A stretch of DNA of 25,146 bases from a virus (Duplodnaviria > Caudoviricetes): positions 1-25,146 of the IMG/VR virus record IMGVR_UViG_3300010263_000008; one strand, written 5' to 3'. The position numbers and the translations under genes are program-made. Under the pieces are notes generated by a model, which was not told the DNA's origin, did no database searches, and saw nothing but the letters and a program-made list of their open reading frames with translations. Positions 23,742-25,146 of the stretch are shown here, in pieces (position 1 is the stretch's first letter; every line of letters begins with the position of its first letter).

Positions 23742-25004
23742 ATGTCAAGGAGAGGTAATGGAGAAGGGTCAATTGTTAAGCGAAAAGATGGAAGATGGAT
23801 GGGGGTGGTGACTCTAGGGAAGAACGCAGACGGTTCTCCCAAGCGTAAAAGTGTATATGGCAAGACCCGTAAGGAAGTCGCTGAAAAGATGACTGTAATC
23901 CTATCAGAATTACAGTCCGGCGGTTATAAAGAGCCATCAAAGATGCCCCTGGGTGAATGGGTGTTGTACTGGTTGGACAACTATAAGGTATACTCCATAA
24001 AGGTATCGACTTATGACAGTTATAGAACCAATATAAAATACCACATCACACCTGCAATCGGGCATATACCACTGGCTGAATTACGGGTAGACCACATTCA
24101 GACATTTGTTAATCAACTGTATAAGAATGATAAATCCTCTGCACTGATTCGGAAAGTAACAAATATCCTGCATGGAGCTTTAGAGCAGGCCGTGGTCAAT
24201 AACTTGATCCGCTTTAATCCGATAAGAGGGGTTAAGCTCCCAAGACATACGACGAAAGAAATCAGGTGGTTCAGTGTCGAGGAGGAAAAACGCTTTTTGG
24301 AATGTTTGCGTGGCGATAGGTTAGAAACGGCTTTCAGGATTGCTTTTCTAACAGGCTTGCGATTGGGTGAGCTAATAGGGTTAAAATGGGATGCTATCGA
24401 TCTTAGAAAAGGTGTCATACATGTTAAGAGGATACTGGTGAGGTATAAGGACTATGAGACAGGCAGAAACAAGTATGAAATCATGGACACTACAAAGACA
24501 TACAGTGGAAAACGAAAGATACCTTTGCCGTCAGTAGCCGTTGCCCTTTTGAAACATCATAAAAAACAGCAGGAAGCCGAAAAGAAACTTGCGGGGGAAT
24601 TGTACCAGGATTCGAACTTAGTATTCTGTACAGCATTAGGTAATAGGCTTATACCGAGAAATGTTGAAAGAACATTTTATAGGATAGCCGAAAAAGCAGG
24701 AGTAGAAGGTGTCAGTGTTCACTCAATCAGACATACATATGCCACAAGGTTATTCGAGAGGGGGATCCCCGCAAAGACTGTTTCTACCCTGTTAGGCCAC
24801 AAAGACATTAAATATACTTTGAACATTTACACCCACGTAACACCTATGGTAAAGGCCGACGCAGTAAAGGTTTTAGACTATAACCCTGACAACATTTTTG
24901 ACAACAACGCCGAAGAAAATAGAGGAAATTTAAGGGCATCAGAGGAAAACATCATTTTTATAAACCCGTTTATTGAGCAGGTTAGGGCATTTCAGGATAC
25001 TTGA
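23742..25004 (+). CDS. int: Tyrosine integrase
   Basis: RRGNGEGSI..RKDGRW arm-binding domain; TGLRLGELIGLKW; HSIRHTYAT; LLGH; YTH. Confidence 0.95.
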   Translation: MSRRGNGEGSIVKRKDGRWMGVVTLGKNADGSPKRKSVYGKTRKEVAEKMTVILSELQSGGYKEPSKMPLGEWVLYWLDNYKVYSIKVSTYDSYRTNIKYHITPAIGHIPLAELRVDHIQTFVNQLYKNDKSSALIRKVTNILHGALEQAVVNNLIRFNPIRGVKLPRHTTKEIRWFSVEEEKRFLECLRGDRLETAFRIAFLTGLRLGELIGLKWDAIDLRKGVIHVKRILVRYKDYETGRNKYEIMDTTKTYSGKRKIPLPSVAVALLKHHKKQQEAEKKLAGELYQDSNLVFCTALGNRLIPRNVERTFYRIAEKAGVEGVSVHSIRHTYATRLFERGIPAKTVSTLLGHKDIKYTLNIYTHVTPMVKADAVKVLDYNPDNIFDNNAEENRGNLRASEENIIFINPFIEQVRAFQDT

Positions 25005-25024
25005 GGAAATACATGACACATAAA

Positions 25025-25068
25025 TGGTAAGGATGAGGTCGCCAGTTCGATTCTGGCTGAGGGCTCCA
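25025..25068 (+). other. att site: duplicated 3' half of tRNA-Thr(GGT)
   Basis: TGGTAAGGATGAGGTCGCCAGTTCGATTCTGGCTGAGGGCTCCA = anticodon loop, variable region, T-arm, acceptor strand and CCA; no 5' half upstream; 20 bp after int. Confidence 0.9.
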
Positions 25069-25074
25069 TAAAAT

Positions 25075-25110
25075 AAAGGCTTTCAGAACTTTGAGTTTTG
25101 AAAGCCTTTT
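25075..25110 (+). terminator. Terminator downstream of the tRNA fragment (probably the host tRNA terminator)
   Basis: AAAGGCTTTCAGAACT-TTG-AGTTTTGAAAGCCTTT then T. Confidence 0.8.
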
Positions 25111-25146
25111 GCTTGTGTGCGCGGCATGCGCAACCTTGACGGTAAA

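Larger units (their letters stand above)
1..25068. mobile_element. Integrated prophage/phage-like element (right arm)
   Basis: Phage-type replication module, holin-like gene, xis-int and a tRNA-derived att site. Confidence 0.88.

Noticed and set aside
1541-24418. Numerous antisense or overlapping ORFs in the track (e.g. 3243-3641, 12419-12700, 19103-19660, 22706-23296)
   Set aside because: They are shadows of well-supported genes on the other strand or frame, with no recognisable motifs.
25025-25068. Intact tRNA-Thr gene
   Set aside because: The upstream sequence cannot form the D-arm or 5' acceptor strand; only the 3' half is present.

Overview
Right-hand end of a large temperate Firmicutes (Clostridia-like) prophage or phage-like element. 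It ends at a duplicated 3' half of tRNA-Thr(GGT) at 25025-25068 (att site). No virion structural genes are in the window. Contents, left to right: a partial XerC/D-like recombinase; a replication/recombination module (RepA_N-like protein, HTH initiator, DnaC-like loader, DnaB helicase, primase, SSB, PolA, Cas4-like exonuclease, RecA, two Hjc-like nucleases); nucleotide-pool enzymes; four DNA methyltransferases; two sigma factors; a holin-like gene; and xis-int. Highlights read from the sequence: (1) A sigmaA promoter with a LexA (GAAC-N4-GTTC) box precedes a terminator-bounded primase + ECF-like sigma unit. Seven copies of a promoter-like motif TTAAC-N17-[CAG]G[CT]A[TG]A-N6-TAG precede the replication, methylase, recombination and xis-int operons, suggesting an SOS -> phage sigma -> excision/replication cascade. 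(2) Several of these motifs lie inside hairpins that would hide the RBS or terminate only in read-through transcripts. (3) A circularly permuted C5-cytosine methyltransferase (motif order IV...X, I-III) carries a LAGLIDADG intein at its catalytic Cys and tandem TRD-like repeats. (4) A foreign leftward three-gene cassette has an operator-containing promoter and duplicated 51-bp leaders, resembling an anti-defence operon. All protein calls come from motif recognition by eye; no database searches were run.
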